NCBI RefSeq assembly: GCF_018350175.1
Contig: NC_058368.1
Span: forward strand, 20,276,001 to 20,340,000
Origin: Felis catus
Taxonomy: Eukaryota
Length of the DNA: 64,000 bases
Direction: 5' to 3'
Shown: positions 28,288 to 41,084 of the stretch, piece by piece
Position numbering within the stretch: the first letter of the stretch is position 1
Layout of the letters: each line of letters begins with the position of its first letter
Program-made: the position numbers and the translations under genes
Notes under the pieces: model-generated
Databases searched by the model: none
What the model saw: only the letters and a program-made list of their open reading frames with translations
What the model was told of the DNA's origin: nothing

Positions 28288-28720
28288 CATTCATTCATAT
28301 ACTTATTCATTTGACAGTCTAGTAGTAGAGATAGATAATATAGAGGTAAACAAATATACAAAATAATTTTAGATGGTGGTAAGTATGTGGAAAAAAAAGA
28401 TAATGTAATAGTGCTGGGGTCAGGCAAACAGAGGTACTTTAAGTGAGGCAGCAGGGAAGGCATCTCTGAAACCCAAATGATGAGAAGATCTTGGAGGAGA
28501 TGATTCCAGGTGGAGAGAACACTGGGTGCAAAGGCCCTGAGGCAGGAGTGAGCTTGCCACATCGGAGGAACAGAAAGCAGGCCAATATGGAAGGCATGAG
28601 GGACCAAGAGGAGAGAGAAGTGGGAGATAAAGCTGGAGAGGTAGGTAGTGACCAGCTGATGTAAAGCCTTAGGCCTTGGTGAAGGTCTGGAAGGGCCTGC
28701 AAGGGCCATGAGACGCCTCT
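28288..28720 (-). mobile_element. L2 remnant
   Basis: cattcattcat terminus, cagggaaggcatctctga, tgcaaaggccctgaggcaggagtgagcttg. Confidence 0.7.
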
Positions 28721-28989
28721 GCAGAGTCTTAATCTTGAAAGAGACAGATCTGATGCACCTTTTCCAATGATGCACGTAAACACATGCATACAACCTGTGC
28801 ATGGGGTCCAAGGATGGCAAGTCAAGGATTTCTGCTGTAGAGTCTAGTTCTAGAGTACATGGGGCGCATCATAATAAGACAAGTCTCACCTCAATGTTTG
28901 CTCTATTCTTTCCAACCTCCTAGAGCCGAAAATGACATGCTGTGGCCTCACAAAGAGCAAGGCTTTCTCTTCTTTGGCAAAAAATAAGT

Positions 28990-29852
28990 CTTACCCTGTG
29001 CGTTGTTGGTGGAAATAGAAAATAGTACAGTTGCTACAGAAAACAGCATGGTGGTTCTTCCCTATAAAAAAATGAACACAAATTACCATATGATCCAGCA
29101 ACTGCACTTCTGGGTATATGCCTGGAAGAAGCAGAAGTAGGAACTCAAAGAGATATTTGTACACTCATGTTCACAGCAGCATCATTCGCAAAAGCCCAAA
29201 GGTGGAAGCAACCCCAGTACCCATCAGATGAGTGGATAAACAAAAAGGCGGCATGTTCACGAGGGAGTATCGGTCAGACTTAGAAAAGAAAGAAATCCTG
29301 ACATGTGCTACCACGTGGATGACCCTTGAGGACGTTATGCTGAGTGAAACGAGCCGGTCATGGAAAGGCAGATACTGTATGATTCCCCTTATGTGAGGTC
29401 CCTAAAGTAGACGAATTCACAGGGACAGAAAGTAGAGTGGTGGTTGCCGGGGGCTGGGGGAGGCAGCACGGGGGTTGTTGTGTGATGGGTAAAGTTTCAG
29501 TTTTGCAAGATGAAGACAGACCTAGAGATGCATGGTGGTGGTGTGGGCACGACGTGGATGCACTTCACACTACTGAACCGCACATTTAAAAATGGTGAGG
29601 ATGGGGGCACCTGGGTGGCTCAGTCGGTTAAGCCTCCAACTTTGGCTCGGGTTCACGACCTCACAGTCTGTGAGTTCGAGCCCCGCACTGGGCTCCGTGC
29701 CGACAGTGTGGAGCCTGCTTGGGATTCTCTCTCCCTCTCTCTCTCTCTGCCCCTCCCCCAATTGCCCTCTCTCTCTCAAAATAAATTTAAAAAATAAAGA
29801 CAGAAAAAATGTTTAGGATCATAAATTTTATTATGTGTCTTTTACCACAATT
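28990..29852 (+). mobile_element. Old L1 (L1MB-like) 3' end, interrupted by a SINE
   Basis: attaccatatgatccagca, tggatgacccttgaggacgttatgctgagtgaa, gtttcagttttgcaagatga, ttttaccacaatt. Confidence 0.85.
29604..29809 (+). mobile_element. CanSINE
   Basis: ggggcacctgggtggctcag head, CT tract, A tail; degenerate TSD aaaaatg..aggat. Confidence 0.9.
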
Positions 29853-30100
29853 CAGCAATTTTAAGAAGTCTCTGGAACCCCCTCAGTCCCTCAACTGCAT
29901 CCTCATCAGCCTCTGTCCCCATGACCTCACAGCACCGGTGTCCCCCGTGTCCTGAGACTGGTGGTCCACTCAATCCCCTCACTATGTAAGAGGACAAGTA
30001 AAGTAGCTGGCACGGATGAGGCCTTAAAAGCTCTCCAGTGAAGAGAGTCTCAGAGGTTGAGCCTGGCATCTCAACAATTGTGTGTCTGATTTCTTGCCCA

Positions 30101-30311
30101 TTTTTAAAAGTTTATTTTCTTTTGAGAGAAAGAGAGCGTGCGCACTCATGAGCAGAGAAGGGGCAGAAAGAGAGGGAGAGAGAATCCCAAGCAGGCTCCA
30201 CACTGTCGGCACGGCGCTTGATGTGGGGCTCGAACTCAGAAACCATGAGATCCTGACCGGAGCCAAAATCAAGAGGTGGACGCCCAACCGACCGAGCCAC
30301 CCGGGTGCCCC
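30101..30311 (-). mobile_element. CanSINE
   Basis: Reverse-strand SINE; TSD tgatttcttgccc. Confidence 0.9.
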
Positions 30312-31069
30312 TGATTTCTTGCCCTTCAAATCTTACCTGACCCATTTTGTCCAAACGGATTTCCCCTTTTGCCTTTTGCAGACACAAAGAACAGCTGGTG
30401 ATCATCCCCTATGGAATAAGACTCCCAAAGCCTTCGACAGCATTGTTCAATTACCTTGCTTCTTTGAAGATGCTGTCAACGTTCCCCAGCCTGAAGCTGC
30501 AGTCACTTGCTCTTGAGGAACCGAGCCTTGCGCCCTCAACTGTGCTTTGCGTGTGAGTTTGGGTGCATCCCAAATCATTCCTTAAGGACAGCTCTGGCCC
30601 TGCCCATGGCAGGGCCTCCAAAGGAGGCAGGTGGCCCTCCATTCAGGCCTCAGAGAAACAAACTTGAGGAGACTGCTTGAAGATGTATCCCTCCTTTTAG
30701 GATTAAGCCAAGTGCCCAGGGGCTGCTGGCAGAGACTGCCTTGTTTTGCCCACCCTCTGTGCGGTGGCTTTTCCACACTATGCTTGGCAAGGTACCCTGG
30801 CCCAATTGAGGACACCGTATAAGAAAGAGGTCTGTAAGGCCTCGGTGCAGTTATTCTAGGGGTACAGGTGAGGGCGGGCTGTTGATCCTACCGTGGACAT
30901 GAGAAGGTGTGGGTGACACTGCTCCCACCACTCAGAACGAGGCAAACCTGCACATCTTAGGCATGGCTTATTTTTCCCCACGGACTCTAAATCCTGTCAC
31001 TGATGAGTGTCCCCTGTGTTTCTGCTGCTAGAGAACTCTAAATCAAATATGAGGACTACTTCTGGAAGG

Positions 31070-31258
31070 ATGCTGTGCAACAGAACTTTCTGTGATGATG
31101 GCAATTTTATGTATCTGTGTTGGTCAATAGTGTAGCCACTAGCCACGTGTGGTTACCGAGTCCTTGAAGTGTGTTGAGATTGAGAAATTGGAGTTTGCAT
31201 TTTAATTAATTCTGATTTTAAATTTAAATGGCCACATGTGGCTAGTGGCTACCAATTA
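31070..31258. mobile_element. MER3-like hAT-Charlie element
   Basis: agaactttctgtgatgatgg, gtagccactagccacgtgtgg ... gccacatgtggctagtggctac internal inverted motifs. Confidence 0.75.
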
Positions 31259-32012
31259 GCTCTAGATACTATACGGGAAATGCATGCATCCTGATATCAC
31301 CTTTGGCTTATGTGATTTTCCTAGCAATATATTCTATCTACTTCAAATCCCTTTGCTGTCTAATTATTTATAATAATCTTCTTGTGTGGTATATATCATT
31401 GTCAGCTACCTTAAATCTTTTTAAAATTTGAGATCTTCTTATAAGTACAAAAAAAAAAAAAAGATAACATACCCACATTCCCAATTTCTTGGACTAGATA
31501 CTTCTTCCCCACTTGCTGCAAAACGGAGTAATTAATATGTTCGTTTGCGGGAAGGGCATTGCAGGAGTGGGGAAGAAGCCTTCTCTACCGTTTCTTCATC
31601 TGGATGCTGCTTACACAAATGTTCACTTTGTGAAAACTCACTGAGCTGTGCACTTAGGATATATGCACTTTTACTATATCATTTATTCTTCAATAAAAAG
31701 TAAAAGGAAACCTATAAAGAGAACCTGCTGTGTCCAACATACAATGTTAGTTTAGCTCTAGGGGATGCGGAAAGATTCAGACAACTCGGATCGTGACTCC
31801 AGAAAGCTGCAGTTTAGTGTCACTGAGCACGAATGGAAATTTCTAGGGTGCATTTTCCAGAGGGATCTCGGGCAACTTGTGCTAGCAACTCCCCACCCTC
31901 CTCTTCCCTGCCTTCCCCCGCCGAATCAAGCAGTGCCAAGAAAGGAGAGAGGAGTTTCAGGAGGAGGAGGTCTTTCTTTCCATCTTATCGTATTTTAGTA
32001 AAAAACATTTCC

Positions 32013-32128
32013 AGGAGTGCCTGGCTGACTCTGTGGGTAGAGAAGGTGGCTCTTGGTATCAGGGTCATGAGTTCAAGCCCCATGTTGGGCGTGGCGCCTA
32101 CTTAATTAAAAAACAAACAAATAAAAAC
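32013..32128 (+). mobile_element. Short tRNA-derived SINE lacking the CT tract
   Basis: tgcctggctgactc...gggtcatgagttcaagcccc followed by an A-rich tail; TSD aaaacatttcca. Confidence 0.7.
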
Positions 32129-33504
32129 CAAAACATTTCCAAATTCTTATGAAAGGCTGGGTAACTCCCAGAAAAAACCTTCCATCTCTTCCAGGGGAAT
32201 TAAATCAAAGGAAGAGTTCTCTGGAATATGGAATGTTAATAGGGCAGGATGAGGAAATAAAATGCAATCTGTATTTTAAGAAAGCAACTAAAAACTGCCC
32301 AAGATTTGCTTCAGTGTATGGTAACTCCACCCAACTGAACAAAAGCATTTATATTAGAAATTATAATTGAAAATATAACTTGGGAGACATACACTGCTAA
32401 GGATGATGTGGCTAAAAGGTACTCTTCCAGGCAGGTCCCTCTCTCCACGACTTAACTATCTTAATGTTGCTAAAGACTGACACATAAATTTTTATTTTAA
32501 AAGTAACTTAAAGAGAGGGGCGGGTGCATATTTCATGCTAGAGCAGAAGGTTGCTTTCTGCACTGATTCTGTCACAGTAACCTGTACAAATGGCCATAAC
32601 CAAGAATTATGGGGGGGCGAATATTAGTCATTTCTGTCCACAGAAATGGACAGAATTTGCCTCCTCGACATATCACTATATGGAACAAAGGCCTGCATTC
32701 CTGAGACCCAAGATACAAATCTTTTTTCTTACCTTTTCCACACTCTGATGCTCTAACTTCAAAAGCCTGCACCTGTACAGATTTTATAACCATTTAAATG
32801 TGTGAATCTTTGAAATATTCTTTCAATGGTTCCTCTGAGCACAGTCCAGGCCAAGTTTTTATACTTTGTTCTTTCACTTCCGTTATTACAGGCATCAAGA
32901 GAAAAAGTATTCTAATTACTGCAAAAAAGGAAGAAGTCCCTTCAAAACAATCATATTCATTCTGGCCTTTTTTAGCATAAACAAAACCCTGCCATTTACT
33001 TTTACTTATTCAGCTGCATTATATTTTGCATACAAGCATTGGCAATCTTCAAACACAAGTTTTTTCCCACATTTCAAAAGAGACAATGGAGCAAATGCTA
33101 GCTAGCATTCAGTTCACTGAATAATAAAGCAATATTATTTAGTTTCTTATCTGTATAGTTCAAAGAGAAAACTGAAAAGTATCTGTGTCCCATAAACAGT
33201 AAATATCTCAAGGTGATCTTTCTGACTTGAGCAGTGTGGCCCGCCTAAAGTTTTAACCAGCTATCTGACATGGGCCAAATTCTCACTTCATTTTGGGATG
33301 TGTGGATTACAGTTCTGATGCTTAATGTCAAAATCAAGAACAACTATGAAGCTGTACCTGTGATTCGAGTAACTACAATCAGCATCTTCAGGAGGTGATT
33401 TCAAGATAATGGCCCCTAATTCGCTATCAACTTTCTCCTTCTAGGTAGCCAAATGTGAAAACTGAGATGCCCAGGCCAGGGGTTTTTCAGAAAAACAAAG
33501 TCCT

Positions 33505-33715
33505 GGGGCACCTGGGTGGCTCAGTCAGTTAAGTGTCCAACTTAGGCTCAGGTCATGACTCACAGTTGGAGTTGGAACCCTGCATCCGGCTCTGCTGACA
33601 GTTCAGGGCCTGGAGCCTGCTTCCCATTCTGTGTCTCCCTCTGTCTCTACCCCTCCCCCACTCGCGCACGCGTGCGTTCTCTCTCAAAAATAAATAAAAA
33701 TTAAAAAAAAAAAAA
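33505..33715 (+). mobile_element. CanSINE
   Basis: Head, CT tract, poly-A; TSD aaacaaagtcct. Confidence 0.9.
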
Positions 33716-34696
33716 GAATGAAACAAAGTCCTATGTGCTTGGAACTGATTTACATGTTAATTCCAGAAAGCCTGGGTTTGGAAAGCACTTATCAGGTAGG
33801 GCCAAGTGCAGGACATTCTTAAATCTACCTGCTGAATTTTGAATTCTAGAGTATGATTAATGATCCTGAAAGGGTGTCAGACAGCCACTGGAAGGATGGG
33901 TGGAAAAAGGGATCCAGCAATTGAGTGAAGGATTAACCACAGAACAGGACTCTCTACTGCGTCAATTTCCTTAAAATGTATTCACTCGCCTCCTCCCAGA
34001 CTTAATGAAACCAAAAACTCCAAAGGCATCACTTACTCCTTACAGTATTTATGAGAAAGTAATTTTTCAAGCGATCACTGGATTCCAACAACCTACTTAC
34101 TGCCTAGTGGTAGAAGGGATGGAAGGTGGGGAGGCACTAAAGGGAAGAAGAAAACAAGCACATCCTCTCTACGGAATGTCAATATAGTTTACAAGTTTCA
34201 AAGAGCTGGGTTTTCCTGGAAGTCCTTTCTGGAAGGGAAGAATGCACTGGTAAAAACTCCCTAAGTGTGAGGGAGTAGATTCAGGAACCTTCCATAACAA
34301 GCAAGGTCCCTGGGATATAAGCTCATCTGAAATCCCCAGGAGTCACTGGCACTTAGCGGATGCTCAAACAGTGGGCGAAGAGGGGCGCAGAGGACCTGGA
34401 AGTTGCTTGCTGAGGCACAGAGCCAAGGCGGTGAAGTGAAAACAACCCATGCAAAGAGCCCTTGATGCCTCCTCTTGTGTTCGGGCACAGTATGGACGCC
34501 TCGATTTCATCTAAGAGCCAGACAGGGGGCCACTGATCCCTCCTTTTTGTTTTAGTTCATTGCTCTTTACCAGGTACTAACCAGAGTTTCTGGCAGCGCC
34601 AACCGCCTGGTTTCTGTTCCCCCAAACAGACAGGGAGGTAGACACAGACAGACAGAGACCTTCCCCCCCCTCCACACCCCCCTCCGCCTCAGGTAC

Positions 34697-35430
34697 CTGC
34701 AGGAGGATCTTGTTCCCGTCGAGGTCCTCCGTCTGCCAGCGCCCCTCACTGATGGGGCTGCAGGGGTTGGGCAAGAGAGGCACGAGCTCGCCGATGTCCT
34801 TGACCCGGAACTCCAGCACCGAGGAGTCGGTGGGGACGGGGGTCTGGTCACAGGGCAGTCTCTTCAGGGAGAACTGGATGTCCACATCCAGATTGGAGAA
34901 AATGGGGAAGATGCAGAAGTCCGTCTTCTTCTGGCTGGGGCTGCGCCGGAGGATCAGCTCGTAGAACTTGAGGATGTCGGCGTAGTTGTCGTGGCGACAG
35001 TAGATGGTGAAGCGCACGATTTCCTTGCCGTAGTGCACGGGCCGGATGGCCCACAGCGGCGTCCCGGGGGCCAGCGTGAAGAAGTCCTGGCTGCAGGGCA
35101 GGTAGGGCAGGAGCCTGCGCGGCACGCGCTCCGTGTGGTGGTGGCGCCAGGGCGGCCGCTGCAGCGTGCGGTGCAGCTGCAGGATGGGCTCCTCGCCGTA
35201 CTCCTCCTGAAGGAACAGCACCACGGCCAGCGCCGGCTGCGCCACCTTCGGGGGCTTCCTCCGCCGCCGGGGCGCCCGCCTCTCCGAGACCCGGAAGAGC
35301 TGCAGGTCCGGGTGGATCCAGGCCAAGACCTTGTCGATGGCCTCCTGCAGGGGCTGGGATTCCCCTGGGTCTGCGATTATGTGGATGCTAACCAGGAAAG
35401 GGTCCTGCGCCTCCTCCACGGAGAGCTCAC
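34697..35430 (-). CDS. FAM124A: FAM124A large internal coding exon (734 nt; equivalent to human exon 3)
   Basis: ORF 34577..35491 contains ELSVEEAQDPFLVSIHIIADPGESQPLQEAID...WQTEDLDGNKILLQ, matching my recollection of FAM124A. On the minus strand the acceptor is pyrimidine tract + cgccccccag|GTGAGC at 35430 and the donor is CTGCAG|gtacct at 34697. GC3- and CpG-rich codon usage. Confidence 0.95.
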
Positions 35431-36386
35431 CTGGGGGGCGCAGAGAGAGAAACGAAAAGGCCGTGTCATTAAAGGCGTCCCGTGATGACATGCAAGGCTT
35501 TCACGGGAGGAGAGGCTAAATCATCACTGCACCGACTCCGTGATCGTTCTGAGCCGAGAAGCAGAGACCTGACTACTGCCGGTAAGTTCCCACGCCGGCT
35601 GGTGCTAGGAGGTCCCTGGTGCCGGACTTCATCTGGTCCAGTGTTACTTTGTATTAGGCGGCAGAAAGTCCAATCTCCACGGATGTGGAAGGGACAGCAC
35701 GCCCAGTAGAAGAGACGCGGCCGCATTAAGTGCACGTAGGCCATTTAGTATTTCCAGAAGGAGCTGCAGGGCCTCGCCCCACGAAAGGTCCCTGTAACAC
35801 ACTGCACTCCTCTGATTGGCTTGTTTTGCTGGTTTACCTTGTTCACTCATTTAACAAACATTTATGGAATCCTTTCTTTACACTTCCTGCTAGGTGCTGA
35901 GCCAGGTACTCACTCTGACAGATAAAGCCCTGGCAGGGGAAGCTCGCTGTGTCCTTTGAGTAGGCTGATCAGGTGGGGTGGCCTGGTCCCGACCACCTTG
36001 CTGCTGGAGCAACCACGGGGGTGGGGGAGGGGACTGTGCACCGGGAGCACAGTGTTCTCACAGTGTTCTTGCTGAGGCTGCTTACTGGGGCTGTCCTTAG
36101 GGATGGGGCGGCGCATGATGGGACCACTGCTGCCTGCTTAATGCTATCTTATGGGCTTCTCCTTCGGCAACGTCCACTCAGGGGCCCACACATCCTGAAC
36201 GGGTTGTGTACCTTCCCGATGTCTCTGGCAGAAAGAACATCTGAGAGCATTGAATTCAAGTGTGAGGTTGGCTATTTAACTTGGCAACGCTACCCCACAG
36301 GGTGAAAAGTTTGCTGGCCACACTGGTATATTTCTAATTCGGAAATATTGAGCACATTTTCTCAGCCTGATATAAGACTTGTTCTT

Positions 36387-36593
36387 GGGGCGCCTGGATG
36401 GCTCAGTTGGTTGGGCGTCCGACTTTGGCTCAGGTCATGATCTTACAGTTTGTGAGTCCCGTGTTGGGCTCTGTGCTGACAGCTCAGAGCCTGGAGCCTG
36501 CTTCAGATTCTGTGTTGCCCTCTCTCTCTCTGCCCCTCCCTGCTCACACTCTATCTCTTTCTCTTATAAACATTAAAAAAATTAAAAAAAAAA
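36387..36593 (+). mobile_element. CanSINE
   Basis: Head, CT tract, poly-A; TSD agacttgttctt. Confidence 0.9.
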
Positions 36594-38184
36594 GAGACTT
36601 GTTCTTTTAAAAGGTAACTCTATTTGCATTTTTACAGGCTTTATGACTCATCCAAGGGAAATCAAGAAATCTTTAAGTCCACTGCCACTTGGGGGGGTGG
36701 GGTGGGGAGTGGCAAGATTCATCTAGAATGTAGATCTGTCATCACACACATGCCTCACAATGTCCACTAGGGTATTAGACCGAAGTCAATCATGCAGTCA
36801 ATAACGTTTGAGAAGCGTGATGTGCTTTTAGGAACAATAAACTCGATCAATTCACAGGATGAAAAGTCAATTTTTTTTGTCTAGGTTCGCAAGACATGCC
36901 AAATGGGCTTGCAGGTATATTTCATTATATTCACCTGTAATAACATGGTTTTAACTCTGTTGGATCAAAACCTGTCTGAATTTCCATCCCAACTCCGGCT
37001 GTTAGATTATTTCACTTGGGAACAGTTAATTCAGTCTGTTGTGGCCTTTCTTATTTACTCATTTATTTACGCAGTTGTTGAGCAATCAGTATGTAGCAGG
37101 CCCTTGAGAGATGAGGAAGCTGGTGTCATCGAGTATTATGGGAGTCTGTCGACGTAGACCCCAGTGTGAATATTGCTGCTCCCCTAGAATTGTGCAGGAT
37201 ATAACCCAGACAACCACAACAGCAGCCCTCTAAAGAACCATTAAGTCACAAATGAGAACGTCGTAAATACAGTCATAAAAAATTAAAATTCAATCTGATA
37301 TATGCCTATAGGAAACACAACAGAGTAGCATTTTAGGCAGGGGTTAGAGTCTAAGGTTACCCTGAGCTAAAAATTACCTATAGACAATATTACTATTGAA
37401 AGGTCCCTTAAATTTCCAATATGGCACTGAAGGTCCTGCTTGTAACAAGACAGCATAGTCAGACGGGTGTTCCTCTGGCTGAACCCCAGATGAAATAACA
37501 GGCTTGCTGCATGGCTTATGTTATAAAAGAATAGTCTTGTATCAGTAAGCACCAGATCCCTACTCAGCAGGCTGTGCCTTTCCCCCTGCGAGAGGCTTCT
37601 GGAACATAAGGATGGCCAAGGTAACAGCAAAGTCAAGTCTCAGCACTTCCATGATCATGGACTAGAATGGTGGGTGAAATTATGTAACTCCAGCCCCTTA
37701 TGGCTGAGCATGTATTCTTGAACTTGTACCAGTTAAATATGAGTGTGACATCCTTCCAATTTACTACTGTGTGACAAAGGACGGAGCAACTTTTCTTCCA
37801 GACTGCTTCTGGGAAGGTTTTCTGGAGTTTTCTGAACTGGGCCTTGAAGAGTAAACAACATCTCACTCATAATAACCTCCAATGTGGGGGAGATCACTGC
37901 AGGAAGAGGGAAGACTGTTTATGAAGGCACAGAATGGTGCAAAAAAACAAGCACATTTGGAAGGGGGTGGTGAGTAATTCTGAAACGTGGTAACAGACGC
38001 AGCGGGGAAAAATGGACTGGAGCCAAGTTGTACAGGGCTTCAGCTCAATTTGGTAGTGATAAGGGGCAGTGGAAAGTTTTAATAAAGGGATGCTGGAATC
38101 CAGTCAGGGGGAAGCCAAGTGAGAAGTCATAAAATGAGTAAACAGCCTAGATAACAGATAACAAGACTTGGCCTTGGAGGAGAT

Positions 38185-38620
38185 GGCGTTACTGGCCCTC
38201 GTTCTTTTCCTGCCCTGCATCCTTTCTCTCTGCCATGGGACTTTATAGTTCCTCCCACTAATGGGTGAAGTGCTTTCCCTTCCCTTTGACTTCGGGTTCC
38301 ACCATATGTCTAACTCTGCTCAACAGAAAGACACAATGGTGACGCGTGTTGGGGCCCGCCTTCTTGTGCTTCTGACATTTCCCTGAGAAGAATGTGCTCA
38401 GGCTAGCACATTAGTGCCAGAAAGCAGGATAGGAGACACATGGATCACAGCCGCCCTAGCTGAGTCCGGCCTGTATCAGCCAATCTCATACACCCACAGA
38501 AGAAACATGGGAAGAGCCACCTAGCTGGGCCTGGTCTGGAGCACCTAAGACATGTGAGAAATAAGAATTGACTGTTGTTTCAAGCCAGTGTTTGGGGGGG
38601 TGGTTGTTACACAGCAATAT
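38185..38620 (+). mobile_element. MaLR (MLT1-type) solo LTR
   Basis: gactttatagttcctcccact, ctgagaagaatgtgctcaggctagc, and 3' end tgttgtttcaagcca...tggttgttacacagcaata. Confidence 0.7.
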
Positions 38621-39544
38621 TTCCAGGTTCAGGGGATATACAGAAAAGGCACAGATTCACAGGCTCTTGAGGAGGCACAGGGGACTAGCTTTGGAGCCCA
38701 CAGGCCTGGGATGGGAGGCAGGGAAAGCAGGAGAGGAGTGTACCATGATGTTTCTGGCTTGAGTAACTGGTCAGTTATCGATGCTTAACTAAGACACACA
38801 AAATAGAGGAAGAAGGGCAGATTTGTGGGTAAAGATAAGGAGTTCCACTTCGGCCATGTTGGTGAGACGGACAGCCGGAGCGACTGTCAGGAGGGGATGT
38901 CCTGTTAGCAATGGGACCTATGCGCTGTTGAGGTCATGGGCTGAACTGAAGGATGGATCAAGTTACCTTTCGACTGTATTCTTGCTTTCATGCAGTTATC
39001 TGATACATGTGCGCCCCCATATAGATCTGAATCAGTGGACGTCATCATGGTGGCTTAAGAAACAAATCAGAATTCATGGGCTCTTGTGGTTTTTCTCTTT
39101 GTTGGCTCTTCTGCTCACCTGGCTACTTTCTGTTTCGCTGAACAACCACTATCAGCAGAAGTGCAGCACAAGGCAAACCAATGAAATTTCCCACTGGTCA
39201 GCAACTCCAGCAAAGGTAGGAGAAGGTACCACAGCCAAGTAAAAGGCGTATTTCACTTTTCCGCGGTCACTTGGTCTCCCAACAGCGGGGACACGCGACT
39301 TTGCTGAACATTTATGAATGTTCAGTATGAACAGAAAGAGGTAGAAAGGCTTGGAAAGATTTAGGGGATGAAGAAATGTACTTGAGAAAACTACAGATGA
39401 TTTCTGCGAGAGGAGAGAAGGACATATGGGGTAGAAAAAATATTTGAGAAAAGGAGCTGTCAGAACAGCGAGGCAGTCCCGCTGAGATACTGAGCCCACT
39501 CTCAGGGTGTGTGCCTAGCCACGTATGTGGAGAGACGTTAGCTA

Positions 39545-39715
39545 AGACACATATGATGTTCTCTGTGGGCCGGCACTTTCTCAGTGTTCTACGTATATAA
39601 ACTCATTTAATCCTTAAAACAACCCTGGGGTGGGGGGCACTATCATTGTCTCCATTTTAGAGAGCAGAAAATCGAGGCACAGAGAGGCGAAGTAATCTGC
39701 CAAGGTCGCACAGCA
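39545..39715 (-). mobile_element. MIR
   Basis: ctcatttaatcct...ccattttag...gaggcacagagagg...aagtaa...ccaaggtcgcacagc. Confidence 0.75.
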
Positions 39716-41084
39716 TCCGAGGCGCGTCTGCACAGTCACCCACGGTTCTGCAGGGAAGTGTGCTTACCCTCCAGCGCTGTATTCGTTTCATAGCAGGAGG
39801 AGAGCGGCCCCGTCCCATCATTTCTGGTCACACTACTAGTCACCACTCTCCACTGCTTTCCTGCCTCCTTCTGGCCAGCTGGCTTCTCAGCCACCGGCCA
39901 CCAGCTCCATGTCCTGGTCACTCATTTACATCTCTTTCTTCTGGCCCTGGGTGTGTGAAGAAGAAGGATCCAGAAACCACCTCCCCGATGGCACACACCC
40001 AGGTCTTTACATCTGAGTGCTGCCCTCTCATGCTTGCAGGCGAGCGTGAGGCCTGGGTGTGGAGAGGTCGCGGGGAAGGTGGCTTCTGAGTCCCCGAGAC
40101 AGAGTTGTCAGGGCGCCTGGCGTCAGGACACCTCCATCCGCCACACAAAGGTTTCCCAGAGAGAGCAGTAACAAAGGCCATGCTGAAGCCCCCGCGGATG
40201 AGTGCATGTTGACAGCTTTGCGGAAAGGCAAGATGCCCAGCCTTCGAGTAGGGTGGGGGCACGGTGAGAGGCATCTGACCGAGCACCGGCTTGCCTGGGC
40301 AGCCTGGGATGCAGCCAAGAGCAAGCAGGGAAGGAAGATGAAGACCCGACCCCCGAGCTCCCTTTGCACTGCGTGCATCAGGGCGACGTAAGTCGATAAA
40401 ATCCTACCCTGAGAAGAATGAGAGTGAGCGGTGGCATTGATAGGCTCCAGCCATCACCAGCACGTGCCCACTGCACGAGGCCCTAAAATAAACGGGCCCC
40501 AGGAGCCACAGTGTGCAGCTCCAAACCGTCACTCGGTGCTGGGTGCTAGGGTTATCCACACCCCAAAGAAAACGTGCCTCCTGGAGCTGGATAGGAAACC
40601 AAGTATTTGAGGGGAAGGAGAGGAAATGTGAATAATTAATTGTCATGGAAAGCCTCTCTGCCTCCCCGGAGAAGCAGGGATGTTGCGACTGTGGGAGATG
40701 CTCTGCCTTTATCGTATCTATTACACGTCTTCTCGGAGGGCCTCAGACCGCACCTGTTCACTTAGGGTGAGACACAGACCAGACATGAACTGGGCAACAG
40801 ACAGACTTCCCCAGGGCCGGTTAGAGGATGGGAGCTGTTCACAAATTTACAGGTATTACCAAAGCTGTCAGATTCCTTCCCGTGTGATCATACACAGTTA
40901 GGGGTTTTTTTTGTTTTGTTTTTTGATAACATAAAACAAAAAGCAGCTCTAAGTAAAGCACTGTCAGAGTCAGGCCTTCTATGAGGCAGATGGTGTACTA
41001 TGAATCTGTGTATTTGTTACATTTCCCCCCAATATTTCACCTCTCTTGTATATCCCTTGTCTCTTATTTAGCTATTAAGAAAAA

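Noticed and set aside
28233..28820. 195-aa ORF
   Set aside because: Lies over an L2 remnant; no recognisable protein features.
34991..35485. 164-aa plus-strand ORF antisense to the exon
   Set aside because: Expected shadow ORF from GC3-rich coding sequence.
34577..35491. The 304-aa ORF as a complete single-exon gene
   Set aside because: Similarity to FAM124A starts and stops exactly at canonical splice sites (35430 and 34697); the flanking codons are intronic.
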